Shown: positions 1 through 9,717, counted from the stretch's first letter. The stretch is 32,000 bases of DNA from an uncultured Methanomicrobiales archaeon (GCA_963697895.1 OY969100.1:333085-365084); one strand, 5' to 3'. Notes: generated from the letters alone by a model not told the origin. Program-made: numbers and translations.

Positions 1-1429
1 CCAGATGAAACCGAATCTCGGGGAACCGGATCGGGAAGCAGCATGGGATGAGATCCTGAAGAAGTATGCCGGTACCGAGCTCTTCGATTATCTCCAGAGC
101 GTTTCACGGAAACAGGTAAAGGTTTCGGTCAAACCTCAGTATATCGATCAGATACCCCGGCTCTTCTCAGGAACTGTGGCTGAGCTGCTCAGAACCACGG
201 ATGAACGGGGATCGCTTCGGGCCTATATCGACGCGATGAGCCTGCGGCCGGTTATGGAGAGCGAGATTACCACGCTTTCCGGCGGTGAACTCCAACGAAT
301 CGCTATTATCGCCTGCCTGGCCCGTGAGGCAGATTTTTATTTTCTCGACGAAATAACCCCATTTCTTGATATCCACCAGAGAATGGCAGCCGCACGGCTG
401 ATCCGGGAGCGTGCCGCTGAGCGGCCTATCGTGATCGTCGAACATGACCTTGCGATCCTGGATATGCTTGCAGATACCGTCCATATCGCGTACGGGAAAC
501 CGGCCGCCTTCGGCATAATAACGCAGCCGAAGGGAGTCCGGGTAGGAATCAACCAGTACCTCGAAGGATATCTCCCCGAAGAGAACGTCCGGTTCCGGGA
601 TCATCAGGTCGTCTTCGATAAACGCGCTCACGGAGAGAAGGAGCACCGGACCACGCTCTTCCCGATCCCCCCGATGACAAAGTCCTATGATCGGTTCCGG
701 CTGGAAGTATCCGGGGGAGAGGTCAGGGCCGGTGAAGTACTCGGGGTCGTCGGCGCAAACGGAATCGGAAAGAGCACATTTGCCAAACTGCTTGCCGGGG
801 TTGAAATACCGGACAGGGGTCCGATCGAGACCACCCTCCGGGTATCGTACAAACCCCAGTATATCAAGCCGAGTACATCCGACACGGTGGAATTCTATCT
901 CCGGAACATTACCAAACGGTTCGATACCGGGTTGTACCAGCATGACATCATAGAACCCCTCTCGCTCGGTCCCATTCTCCAGTCGCCGATCGACACGCTC
1001 TCGGGAGGGGAATTGCAGCGTGTCGCCATCGCTTCCTGCCTTTCCCACGATGCAGATCTCTACATCCTCGACGAACCGAGTGCACATCTGGATGTCGAAC
1101 AACGGGTGAAGATAACCCGGATGTTCCGCCATCATGTGGACGGGCGTGAGGCGGCGATACTGGTGATCGACCATGATATCTACCTGATCGACATGATCAG
1201 CGAACGGATCCTCGTGTTTGACGGGGTTCCCGGTTCCCGTGGCGAGGCAACCGGTCCCTTTGATATGCGCGAAGGAATGAACCGTTTCCTCCGGCAGCTG
1301 CAGGTGACGTTCCGGCGTGACCGGAGCGGACGGCCACGGATTAATAAGCCCGATTCCTATCTGGACCGGGAACAGAAGGCGAACCAGGAGTACTATTATT
1401 ATATCGATCGGGAGAGCGGGGAGTCATAG
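1..1429 (+). CDS. ABCE1: ABCE1 / RNase L inhibitor-type twin-ABC ATPase (ribosome recycling factor); 5' end lies outside the window
   Basis: The frame is open from the window edge to TAG 1427-1429. It has two ABC nucleotide-binding domains. The signature LSGGELQR occurs twice. Walker B motifs are FYFLDE and LYILDEPSAHLD. The second Walker A is GANGIGKST. The N-terminal Fe-S domain and first Walker A are missing because the gene is cut by the window edge. Confidence 0.9.
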   Translation, partial: QMKPNLGEPDREAAWDEILKKYAGTELFDYLQSVSRKQVKVSVKPQYIDQIPRLFSGTVAELLRTTDERGSLRAYIDAMSLRPVMESEITTLSGGELQRIAIIACLAREADFYFLDEITPFLDIHQRMAAARLIRERAAERPIVIVEHDLAILDMLADTVHIAYGKPAAFGIITQPKGVRVGINQYLEGYLPEENVRFRDHQVVFDKRAHGEKEHRTTLFPIPPMTKSYDRFRLEVSGGEVRAGEVLGVVGANGIGKSTFAKLLAGVEIPDRGPIETTLRVSYKPQYIKPSTSDTVEFYLRNITKRFDTGLYQHDIIEPLSLGPILQSPIDTLSGGELQRVAIASCLSHDADLYILDEPSAHLDVEQRVKITRMFRHHVDGREAAILVIDHDIYLIDMISERILVFDGVPGSRGEATGPFDMREGMNRFLRQLQVTFRRDRSGRPRINKPDSYLDREQKANQEYYYYIDRESGES

Positions 1430-1600
1430 ATCTCCCGCAACTGACCGGGTAAAAATGAAATTACCGGTCCTCGCAGTCTGAGATCTCCCATCTGTCCCTT
1501 GCAAGTTTTCCCGGTGAGACCCACAATGATCGGGAAATCAGGATAATTGCGATGCTATGATCCTGGGTGCCGTCAGAAAAATAGGGTTCAGTGCCTGGAT

Positions 1601-1622
1601 TAAAAAATAAAAATAAAAATAG
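1601..1622 (-). terminator. Oligo-T tract immediately downstream of the PKD-protein stop codon (archaeal-type terminator candidate)
   Basis: On the minus strand, right after the stop at 1628-1630, the sequence reads CTATTTTTATTTTTATTTTTTA. Archaeal termination typically uses T-runs of this kind. Confidence 0.35.
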
Positions 1623-1627
1623 AGGGA

Positions 1628-4399
1628 TTATTCTTGGTAAACAACCTCGGTGTAGACCGGCTGGCCGGGTTCAGGGGGCTTTCTCTTTCTGGACCAGTAA
1701 TACAACCCGATCATGACAGCGACGATCGCTGCCAGGATCAACGGAACGAAATATACCCAGGGGAAAGGTCCCCCTGGTGAAGCCGGCGTAGTGGGGGGGG
1801 CTGTTGTCTCCGGCGTCGCGGTAGTTGGCGGCGTCGCCCCGGCAATCTGGAAGAGTGCATAGGTCCCCGCACGGGTAACCGGAGCGCTCACGGTGCGATT
1901 GACCTGATCCACCGTTGACGGCAGGTTGATCCAGCTCGTATTCGCAGTATCCCACCATCTCATTATCAGATCGCTGTTCTGGAGATTCTCCCAGTCGGAT
2001 GGGGCAATGGTGAATTTCAGGGTGGCTCCGGGATCAAAAATTCCGCAATCCGGGGTGATAGCGTATGCATAGCCGGCAAAGATGAAGAGGTCCGCATCGG
2101 AGACCGGGGGAAGGGATTCTATGGGCAGTCTCGTGATGGTAAGGTTTGTGAGTGACTCATTGCCGCAGGAGAGTTTCACCCCTGCCCCAATCGATAGCGT
2201 TGCCATTCCATCATCTGATGTGATATCAACGGGCTGTGTGGTGACACCATCCGGCCCGACGGGGAGTCCTCCCGTGCCGATCGGTATCGTGGGGATCGGT
2301 GTAGGCGTAGGGGTCGTCTCTTCCGAATACCCTCCGCCGCCACCTCCGCCGCCTCCGCCGCCACCGCTCGAGTATATAGTGATATAATTGGTCTTCGTGA
2401 TATTCGAGGATCCGGCACTGTTGGATACCTCAAGGGTGATGTTATAAACACCCTGGTAAAACACGTGCGAAGGGTTTTTCTCGCTCGATGTGGCACCGCC
2501 CCCGAAGTTCCACGACCAGTTTGTCGGATTATTTGTCGACAGGTCCGTGAACTGTACGGATTGTGGAGAATACCCGCTTAATGGGTTTGCGGAGAAGTTT
2601 GCCAGCGGCGGTATCGGAAGTGAAACCGTGATATAATTTACTTTTGAGACCGAGCTTATGGCACCAGTTGCGTTCTGCACCGTAAGAGTCACGGTGTAGT
2701 TTCCGATATCACCGAATATATGGGAGGGGTTCTGCTCCGTTCCATTTGCAGTGCCATCCCCGAAATCCCACTCCCAGCTGTTCGGGGAATCTGTGGACAG
2801 GTCGGTGAACTGGATTGTGAGCGGAACAAAACCGGCTGTCTGGTCTGATGTGAAGTTGGCCGTCAGATTCTGGCCAGGAGTTTCGTTCACGATGATGTAT
2901 CCGGTTTTCGATACGGTGTTCAAACCTGCAGCGTTCGCTACGGTAAGGGTGACATCGAACATGCCTGCGTACTGATAGATATGAGACGGGCTCCTGACCG
3001 AATCGTTCGGGGATCCGTCACCGAAGTCCCATTGCCAGGAAAGGGGGACACCCGTGGACAGGTCCTTGAAAGTCACCATCATCGGTGCATTCCCTGAACG
3101 TGGGGAGCCGCTGAAATTCGCGGTGGGGGGGATGGGTGTGCCGGGTACACGGAGGTCCAGGGGGGTAACCTCCCCGCTGGTGAACGGGAAGGTGAGAACC
3201 CAGTTTGTTCCATCAAATGCCTCTGCCGGGACATCATTTACTATGAAGGAGATGGGGGCGCCTTCCTCGAGGGCTCCCTGAACAACCAATTTCCGCTCGT
3301 GGAATCCGGGCTTCCCATACTGCCCCGAGATGATCGTGGTAATGGGATTCCCCGGTACATCTGTCACGATACCCTCTGCCACCGCCTTTACCTCGGATGA
3401 TACCGGTGCCGGTGATCCCTGGAGGGTAAGGTTGCCATAGAAGGCCTGCGGGAGCGGCGGGACACCTGGGTTCTGGACCTGGATGAAGTCAGTTCTTTCG
3501 GTGGTCGAACTCCCGTCACAACAATTGGTGACCGTGAGCGTTACGGAATAGTTACCGGGTGTATTGTAGGAGTGCACGGGGTTTTGGACCGTGCTATTCG
3601 GTGTATTGTCCCCGAAACTCCATTGCCATGTTATAGGATCGCCGGTCGAACTGTCATTGAAGTGAACGGTGAGCGGAGAGGAACCGGTTATGGGAACCGC
3701 TATGAAATCTGCCTGGAGCGGGACCGCACCGACAGAAAGGGTTTTCGAAAGAACGGACTGGTTATTGACAGTGAGGGCAACCTGGACATTCCCTGTTTCA
3801 AAACCGCTGACATCGATGGGTATGGAGAAATCATCCGGACCCTCTTTCTCGAAACTGAGGGTAAAGGTTGCGATAATTTTCGTCGCACCAGAGGCCGCGG
3901 TGCCGGAAAAGAGCGCCGAATGCTCTTCATCGGGCTCGAACTCCGGCAAAGTGGTCTCAAGGTGGGAGATATCCTGTAAAAAGATTCCCCCCTCAGATGG
4001 ACCCTCCACGATATAACTCATATCCTGCGTCGAGTTATCCGGGTCATGCTCGGAGAGGGTGAACCTGTTATCGGCGGTGTTCTCGAGTCTGACAGTGGCA
4101 TTCCCTTCTGTAAGTATCACCGGCCACGTCATGTTGGTGAGATTGAAGAAGAACTCCATCCCCGGGTCGGAACATATGGTGCCATTGACTTCGAGGATGA
4201 CCGGGGTGTCATTGGGAAGTCCTTCGATATCGACGATAAACTCGCCCCCGGGTATAATATGATCAGGTTCCACGGTCACCGAGGCAGCGCTGCAGGAACC
4301 GAAAAAAAGGCAGGTTAATATAAGGATGAAACATCCTACCAACAGTTGAGAAAAGATCTTATCATGCCCTGGGGTTACTCGTTCACGGAAACTCACCAT
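1628..4399 (-). CDS. Secreted or cell-surface protein with four tandem PKD domains, a poly-Gly run, a Thr/Pro-rich linker and a C-terminal membrane anchor
   Basis: This is a 923-aa ORF. It has a signal-like N-terminus (LLVGCFILILTCLFFGSCSA). Four repeats of about 85 aa show the PKD pattern (F..S.G.P.SW.WDFGDG...S....P.H.Y...G.Y.V.LTV.N). There is a 12xGly run at 2330-2365. A TTATPETTAPPTTPAS linker precedes a C-terminal TM helix with an SRKRK tail. An SD-like GGAGGT sits 8 nt upstream of ATG 4399. Confidence 0.85.
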   Translation of the reverse strand: MVSFRERVTPGHDKIFSQLLVGCFILILTCLFFGSCSAASVTVEPDHIIPGGEFIVDIEGLPNDTPVILEVNGTICSDPGMEFFFNLTNMTWPVILTEGNATVRLENTADNRFTLSEHDPDNSTQDMSYIVEGPSEGGIFLQDISHLETTLPEFEPDEEHSALFSGTAASGATKIIATFTLSFEKEGPDDFSIPIDVSGFETGNVQVALTVNNQSVLSKTLSVGAVPLQADFIAVPITGSSPLTVHFNDSSTGDPITWQWSFGDNTPNSTVQNPVHSYNTPGNYSVTLTVTNCCDGSSTTERTDFIQVQNPGVPPLPQAFYGNLTLQGSPAPVSSEVKAVAEGIVTDVPGNPITTIISGQYGKPGFHERKLVVQGALEEGAPISFIVNDVPAEAFDGTNWVLTFPFTSGEVTPLDLRVPGTPIPPTANFSGSPRSGNAPMMVTFKDLSTGVPLSWQWDFGDGSPNDSVRSPSHIYQYAGMFDVTLTVANAAGLNTVSKTGYIIVNETPGQNLTANFTSDQTAGFVPLTIQFTDLSTDSPNSWEWDFGDGTANGTEQNPSHIFGDIGNYTVTLTVQNATGAISSVSKVNYITVSLPIPPLANFSANPLSGYSPQSVQFTDLSTNNPTNWSWNFGGGATSSEKNPSHVFYQGVYNITLEVSNSAGSSNITKTNYITIYSSGGGGGGGGGGGGYSEETTPTPTPIPTIPIGTGGLPVGPDGVTTQPVDITSDDGMATLSIGAGVKLSCGNESLTNLTITRLPIESLPPVSDADLFIFAGYAYAITPDCGIFDPGATLKFTIAPSDWENLQNSDLIMRWWDTANTSWINLPSTVDQVNRTVSAPVTRAGTYALFQIAGATPPTTATPETTAPPTTPASPGGPFPWVYFVPLILAAIVAVMIGLYYWSRKRKPPEPGQPVYTEVVYQE

Positions 4400-4772
4400 A
4401 CGCCGTTACCTCCCCGATTCCGTTCATCGGTTTTTATTCCTTCAAACGCCACCCATCGTTTTCCCTTTCTGCATTCCATCATCATATACCTCGTTCCCAT
4501 GCCATTATTGTCCATTCCGGTATTATTCCCGCATCTCTCCTACACTCTTCCCCGGTTATGTAACCAGAATTCTCATTTAAGAGGTTAATTCTGGCATTCC
4601 TCTTTCCCATCGCTGAACCGGAAGAGCTATATAAAGAACCATTGTGGTATGGAACAGATAAAGGTTTGGGATAAAATCAGGGCAATCGGAGTATTTTCGT
4701 CCCGCACGTATAAAAATTCATAATCAAATTGAATCAGTCCAGAATATTCATGATCTCAGGTCGCGAACCGGG

Positions 4773-4790
4773 AAAAAATAAAAAAAAAAT
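4773..4790 (-). terminator. Oligo-T terminator candidate for the fdhAB operon
   Basis: On the minus strand, directly after the fdhB TAA (4792-4794), the sequence reads TATTTTTTTTTTATTTTTTCC. Confidence 0.45.
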
Positions 4791-4791
4791 A

Positions 4792-5967
4792 TTAATTCGT
4801 ATATGAGGCCTTCCCCAGCTTTGGTTCGAACGCCAGATCCCCTTCGACCCTGATCGCATGTGAAAAGAGCGCGAGGGGAATATCCATCGGACACAGTTCC
4901 TCGCATTGCCCGCAATTTACACAGGTGTCAGAGATGTGGGCGAACCGGCGGAGATGAAACATCGGGTTCGGGGGAACTTCACCGCGATCGACCATGTACG
5001 ACGTACCTTTCAGGGCATCCGCCGAGGTGAAACAAACAGGGCAGTTCTCGATGCAGGAGTAACACTTGATGCATCGGGAGGTCTCCCGGTTGATGATACC
5101 CCAGGGATCCTTTTTCAATGCGGCAAAGTCCTTCCTCCTCCACTTGTTTCCGAGCTTGACCATTGCCCCCTCGACCTTCCCCCTCATCTCGATACCCTTC
5201 GGGTCGGGACTCGTCGTTGCGATCGCACCGGATTTTATCGCCCTGCTGAGCAGATGTGCGCCTTTGTCGCTGCAGACCTCAACAAACGTAGCCTTCCCGG
5301 CCTTTTCACCGATGACCCCCCAGTTTCCGCACGCAAGATCGGCCTGCCGGGGAACCTTGTAGTTACAGCGCCGGCAGTTCGTCCGGCGGCCGTACCCCTT
5401 CTCCTCGAGCTCATCAATGGAAATGCCTTTATGGCCCCCCTCGTACTCGATGATGAACTGGCCTTTGTCGATCTCTTCCTTATGTACCGTATTCGGATCG
5501 ACCTGGAACGCATCCTGGATCATCTTCCTTCCTTTCACCGGGCTCACCGTGCCCCCGCAATTCACTCCGATCAGGAGGAGATTGTCCATGTTGACCTCGT
5601 TTCGCTTTGCGAGTTCTGTAAGGCCCATGAGATCGCAGCCCTTGACGGTCATGGCGATCTTTTTACTCTTTGCACCGTCCAGGTATTTTGCCACATATTT
5701 TGATAACAGGAGCGTTCCGCAATGGAGCGATCCTGCTGTATCCTTGAGATCTTTTGGATCGGTGATCAGCGTCGGCACCGCATCATAGATATCCTGACCT
5801 TTCTTCACCGCAACGACGGCATCCACCATTCCACTTTCAAGGGCGTATTTCAGCAGGCTTGTTACTGCCCCGCCACATTCCGCATGTTTGGCAATCTCTG
5901 CATCTGTGGTCCACGCGTAGACCATATCACCCTTCTTTTCCCCGGGTTTGTCACCAAAAAGCCCCAT
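4792..5967 (-). CDS. fdhB: F420-dependent formate dehydrogenase beta subunit
   Basis: This is a 391-aa ORF with an FrhB/FdhB-like body. Two C-terminal ferredoxin-type clusters are present (CIKCYSCIENCP and CVNCGQCEELCP). Its ATG directly follows the fdhA TAA (AAG TAA ATG GGG on the minus strand). Confidence 0.9.
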   Translation of the reverse strand: MGLFGDKPGEKKGDMVYAWTTDAEIAKHAECGGAVTSLLKYALESGMVDAVVAVKKGQDIYDAVPTLITDPKDLKDTAGSLHCGTLLLSKYVAKYLDGAKSKKIAMTVKGCDLMGLTELAKRNEVNMDNLLLIGVNCGGTVSPVKGRKMIQDAFQVDPNTVHKEEIDKGQFIIEYEGGHKGISIDELEEKGYGRRTNCRRCNYKVPRQADLACGNWGVIGEKAGKATFVEVCSDKGAHLLSRAIKSGAIATTSPDPKGIEMRGKVEGAMVKLGNKWRRKDFAALKKDPWGIINRETSRCIKCYSCIENCPVCFTSADALKGTSYMVDRGEVPPNPMFHLRRFAHISDTCVNCGQCEELCPMDIPLALFSHAIRVEGDLAFEPKLGKASYTN

Positions 5968-8046
5968 TTACTTCGCCTCCGCGATCTTTTCGACCCGAAC
6001 CGCACAGGCCTTGTACTCCGGGATCTTTGCGATCGGGTCGAGTGCATTGTTCGTCAGCGTGTTCGCCGCACATTCCTTGTAATGGAACGGCATGAACATG
6101 ACCCCTTTCATGATATTCTCCGTAACCCGTGCGGGTACCCGGATCTCTCCCCTGCGGGTGACCGCCTTCACGAGTTCCTTGTTCTGGACGCCGAGTGCTT
6201 TTGCGTCCTCGGGGTTGATCTCGATCCATCCCGTCGGTTCTTCCACTTCGAGATCCTCGGACCTCCGGGTCATCGTCCCGGTATGCCACTGCCAGATGCA
6301 GCGGCCGGTGGTCAGGACGAACGGGTATTCCGCATCCGGCACCTCTGCCGGCGGTTTCCACTCGAGTGCGTGGAAGACCCCGATCCCGTCCGGATGGGAG
6401 AACTTCCCGATGTGGAGGATGGGCGTTCCGGGGTGTTCCGCCGTCGGGCAGGGCCAGTGGAGGGCCTCGGGCCGGTTCAGCCGCTTATAATTCATCCCCC
6501 CGTAGGAGGGGGTGAGTTTCGCCATCTCGTTGAAGATGTCCTCGGCGCTCTTCCAGGGGAACTGCTTTGCGTACCCCATCTTCGCCGAGATATCCGCGAG
6601 GATCTGCCAGTCGAGTTTCGACTCGCCCGGCGGGTCCTGTGCCTTCCGCCACATCTGGACACGCCGCTCGGTGCTCGTCTGCGTTCCGTCCTTCTCTGCA
6701 TAGCAGCAGCCGGGGAGCACGACGTGGGCGAATTCCGCGGTCTCGGTCAGGAAGATATCCTGAACGACGATGAACTCGAGGGTCTTTAAGGCCTTCTCCA
6801 CGTGGTGGAGATCGGGGTCGGAGATCATCGGGTTCTCGCCCATGATGTAGAGCGCTTTAAGTTCGCCGGGTTTGTCGACCATGACATCCATCATCGTGGT
6901 GACCTCGTACCCGTTCTTCGGCTCGCAGATCCCGTCCGGGAATCCCCAGGCATCGGCGAACTTCTTGTGCGCCGCTTCGTCGATCACCTTCTGGTAACCG
7001 GTGAAAACGACGGGCAGGGCTCCCATGTCGCAGGCTCCCTGGACATTGTTCTGCCCGCGGAGCGCATTCACGCCGGCCCCGGGTTTGCCCAGGTTCCCGC
7101 AGAGCATCTGGATGTTTGCAACCGATTTGACGTTGTCGACACCGGTCGTGTGCTGGGTAATCCCCATCGAGTAGAGGATCGCGGTCGCGCCGGACTTGGC
7201 GATCCACTCGGCGGCTGTCCTCAACGATGCAACCGGGATGCGGGAGATCTTCGAGACGTTCTCCAGGCTGTATGTATCCTTCATTACGACTTCTTTCAGC
7301 TTGTCGAAGTCCTTTGTCCGGGTCTTGACAAACTCCTGGTCCTCCCAGCCGTTCCGGATGATCTCCTGCATAAGGCCGTTCAGGATCGCGACATCCGAGC
7401 CGGATACGAAGGGCATGTAGAGATCAGCCTTCTTACCGGTCGGGGTCAGCCGAGGGTCGGCATAGATGAGCTTCGCGCCGTTCATCTTCGCCTGCATCAC
7501 CCTCCGCCCGATAAGCGGGTGTTGCTCGAAGGTGTTGGACCCGAGGATAAAGACGCATTTTGCCTGGGCAATATCCCCGATCGAGTTCGTCATCGCACCG
7601 GAACCGAACGAGGCGGCAAGGCCGGCGACCGTTGACGCGTGGCAGAGCCGTGCGCAGTGGTCGATATGCCGCGTCTTCAGCGTACCGCGGGCGAACTTCA
7701 GCATCGCGTAGTTCTCTTCGTTGGATGTACGCGCCGATGAAAGACACGCGATCTCGTCCGGCTTGTAGGATTTCAGTTTCTTCGCGATCAGGTCATATGC
7801 CTCGTCCCAGCTGGCCTCGACAAACTTGCCGTCCTTCTTGATCAGCGGCTTTGTCAGGCGGTCCGGGCTGTTCACGAACTCGTGTGCATAGGTGCCTTTC
7901 GGGCAGACCTTACCTTCGTTGACCGGAGAGCGCTGGTACGGAGCCGTACCAACCACTTTCCCTTCCCTGACAACGAGGTTAAATGAACAACCTGTCCCAC
8001 AGTACGGGCAGGTTGTCTGTACATATTTCACATTCATAGATTGCAC
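5968..8046 (-). CDS. fdhA: Formate dehydrogenase alpha subunit (molybdo/tungstopterin, Cys-type)
   Basis: This is a 692-aa ORF. It has an N-terminal 4Fe-4S motif (CPYCGTGCSF). The active-site stretch HCARLCHASTVAGL carries TGC (Cys) at 7642-7644 where Sec enzymes have UGA. A GGGGGTG SD-like element sits 7 nt upstream of the ATG. Confidence 0.92.
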   Translation of the reverse strand: MQSMNVKYVQTTCPYCGTGCSFNLVVREGKVVGTAPYQRSPVNEGKVCPKGTYAHEFVNSPDRLTKPLIKKDGKFVEASWDEAYDLIAKKLKSYKPDEIACLSSARTSNEENYAMLKFARGTLKTRHIDHCARLCHASTVAGLAASFGSGAMTNSIGDIAQAKCVFILGSNTFEQHPLIGRRVMQAKMNGAKLIYADPRLTPTGKKADLYMPFVSGSDVAILNGLMQEIIRNGWEDQEFVKTRTKDFDKLKEVVMKDTYSLENVSKISRIPVASLRTAAEWIAKSGATAILYSMGITQHTTGVDNVKSVANIQMLCGNLGKPGAGVNALRGQNNVQGACDMGALPVVFTGYQKVIDEAAHKKFADAWGFPDGICEPKNGYEVTTMMDVMVDKPGELKALYIMGENPMISDPDLHHVEKALKTLEFIVVQDIFLTETAEFAHVVLPGCCYAEKDGTQTSTERRVQMWRKAQDPPGESKLDWQILADISAKMGYAKQFPWKSAEDIFNEMAKLTPSYGGMNYKRLNRPEALHWPCPTAEHPGTPILHIGKFSHPDGIGVFHALEWKPPAEVPDAEYPFVLTTGRCIWQWHTGTMTRRSEDLEVEEPTGWIEINPEDAKALGVQNKELVKAVTRRGEIRVPARVTENIMKGVMFMPFHYKECAANTLTNNALDPIAKIPEYKACAVRVEKIAEAK

Positions 8047-8085
8047 CCCCGCGAAAAATATTCGCTATCGAATACTGTTTCAGGA

Positions 8086-8098
8086 GTATACTTTAAGG
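8086..8098 (-). promoter_or_regulatory. Possible TATA-like element for fdhAB
   Basis: The minus strand reads CCTTAAAGTATAC about 45 nt upstream of the fdhA ATG and is preceded by an A-rich BRE-like stretch. This rests on pattern only. Confidence 0.25.
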
Positions 8099-8210
8099 TT
8101 TTTTATTGCTTTTTTAGAAAAGTTCACCAATATTCATTGAGTTTTCCGAAGGGTTACCTGGAATTCATTTATATGTTGCTTAGTTCAGGTATATCGTCAC
8201 ACAAGTAAAA

Positions 8211-8241
8211 ACCGGGGTAAAAACCCGGTGGATTTTTTTTT
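8211..8241. terminator. Hairpin with flanking T/A runs (bidirectional terminator-like) between the TPR gene and fdhA
   Basis: The stem is ACCGGG (8211-8216) paired with CCCGGT (8224-8229). On the + strand it is followed by T9 (8233-8241). On the - strand it is followed by TTTT (8207-8210). Confidence 0.35.
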
Positions 8242-8522
8242 GCATAGGAATTATGGTATCAATCTGGAAAATTCCTGCGTGCGCGACCTTTTCAGTGTCG
8301 GTGTCTCATTCATCGTATTTGCCGATAAAATCCGAAAACCCGGTGATACCTTGTGAAATGTCATAAGCTCTTATTTTCTGCCATAATACGGCTTTTCAAA
8401 TCAGGTTACCGTACAGCCGAGAAGAAGGCGGGCTGCCTGCAATCTTTGAAGAGAAATAAAAGAGTGAAGGGACGCCTGCCGCACTATGTTCCCGTATCGG
8501 CGGCAGGGATGAATTCTCCTGC

Positions 8523-8948
8523 TCAGTCTTCCAGACCCCGGGCAAGTCTGATCGCATGTTCCACGGACCGATTGGATTCCTGGATTTTTCCGATCCGTTT
8601 CTGGCACATTCCCTTGTTGAACCACGATTCCGCGTTGTACGGGTCGATCCGGATCGCCTGATCAAAGCATTCGATTGCACGGGTATATTCACCGAGTTCA
8701 TCGAGACAACATCCTTTGTTGTGCCACGTGGTGGCGGACGACGGATCGATCCCGAGCGCCTGTTCATAGATTACACGAGCCGATTCCGGCTTACCGGCAA
8801 ATGTCAGTTCATTCGCCTGCCTGTTCAGATACGCTACTTCCGGAACGATCCTGATGGACGTTCCCGCTCCATAATTTGCTGTGTCCGACATGTTTCGTTT
8901 CTCCCCCTCTGGGTTGTTGGTGCCATGGACTTCATGACCCCCGTCCAT
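8523..8948 (-). CDS. Small TPR-repeat protein (141 aa), paralogue 1
   Basis: Three TPR-like repeats are present (for example ATTWHNKGCCLDELGEYTRAIECFDQAIRIDPYNAESWFNKG). I chose the start at ATG 8948 rather than the ORF-track 9110. It aligns with the paralogue's start and lies 7 nt downstream of the shared promoter block. Confidence 0.8.
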   Translation of the reverse strand: MDGGHEVHGTNNPEGEKRNMSDTANYGAGTSIRIVPEVAYLNRQANELTFAGKPESARVIYEQALGIDPSSATTWHNKGCCLDELGEYTRAIECFDQAIRIDPYNAESWFNKGMCQKRIGKIQESNRSVEHAIRLARGLED

Positions 8949-8955
8949 GGCCACA

Positions 8956-8993
8956 GAGAGAATAATAATTATTATAAAATAAAAATTTGCAAG
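8956..8993 (-). promoter_or_regulatory. AT-rich promoter block (TATA-like) conserved upstream of both TPR genes, copy 1
   Basis: The plus strand reads gagagaataataattattataaaataaaaatttgcaag. It matches 9725-9762 at 33 of 38 positions, with the same 7-nt spacing to the ATG. This implies a leaderless or very short-leader mRNA. Confidence 0.5.
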
Positions 8994-9285
8994 CCACGAA
9001 TGCACCACATAAGGGATTTGCATCCGTGCTTCGTAACACTGCCGGACCCCTTTGCCGGGCTTCGCTGGCTGGCAGAGAGAGCTCACAATACGGGTAACGA
9101 AATGTTCCATCAGCAGGTATCCGGAGGATTATTATCAGGAATGGTTTATGTAAATCGCATGTCAGATAGCATCTTATTATTGAAAAACCCTGAATTCCGA
9201 AAATTTACTCCAAACTTCGAAATCTGTAATAAAAAGGAAAAACAGATGCGTATCAGAGCCCCCCCCGGCGGCCCGTTACACGATT

Positions 9286-9717
9286 TCATCTGATGTGCTC
9301 GTCCAATCCCATCGCCAGCTTGACTGCGTGATCGATGCAGGTATCGGCCTCCTGAACCTTTCCGATCTTTTTCAGACAGATTCCCTTGTTAAACCAGGAC
9401 TCGGCATTGTACGGGTCTATGGCAAGTGCCTTATCGTAACATCTGATCGCATCTCCCTGCATGCCAAGTTCATCGAAACATGTCCCCTTGTTGTGCCAGG
9501 CAGTGGCATGGGTAGGGTCCAGTTCTGTGGCTCTGTTGAATAATTCCAATGCTTCATCCGGTTTTCCTGCATAAACCAATTCATTGGCCTCGCGGTTCAG
9601 ATACTCGGATTCATGGATTATCCGACCTTCTGTTTTCGGTGCTCTGGTTACTTCCGACATGATTCCCCCATTTCCCCCTGTATCAGGTGATGTCCCCATG
9701 GGCCTCTCCCGGCCCAT
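9286..9717 (-). CDS. Small TPR-repeat protein (143 aa), paralogue 2
   Basis: The repeat core is roughly 55-60% identical by eye to 8523-8948, including an identical IDPYNAESWFNKG stretch. Confidence 0.8.
   Translation of the reverse strand: MGRERPMGTSPDTGGNGGIMSEVTRAPKTEGRIIHESEYLNREANELVYAGKPDEALELFNRATELDPTHATAWHNKGTCFDELGMQGDAIRCYDKALAIDPYNAESWFNKGICLKKIGKVQEADTCIDHAVKLAMGLDEHIR

Noticed and set aside
167-1174. Long antisense ORFs nested in confident genes: 167-1174(-), 4906-5703(+), 5722-6789(+), 6802-7635(+), 16573-17700(+), 18757-19539(+), 19398-20288(+), 22226-22954(+), 30261-30860(-)
   Set aside because: Each lies entirely opposite a gene with clear family motifs. Their translations are Arg/Pro/Gly-rich, low-complexity and show no recognisable motif. 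Open antisense frames of this kind are expected in GC-rich coding DNA.
1428-1489. 9-nt direct repeat AGATCTCCC (1428-1436 and 1481-1489) flanking a GACCGG/CCGGTC hairpin downstream of ABCE1, considered as a mobile-element scar or terminator
   Set aside because: The repeat is too short to distinguish from chance. No T-run follows the hairpin, and no transposase or integrase is nearby.
4229-4399. Canonical PGF-CTERM/archaeosortase signal or lipobox in the PKD protein
   Set aside because: The C-terminus has GGPFPW instead of PGF and a tail of about 25 aa after the TM helix. The N-terminus looks like an ordinary signal peptide. I cannot support a specific sorting-signal call without an HMM.
7642-7644. 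Possible selenocysteine (in-frame UGA) in FdhA
   Set aside because: The active-site position is encoded by TGC (Cys) and the ORF has no internal stop.
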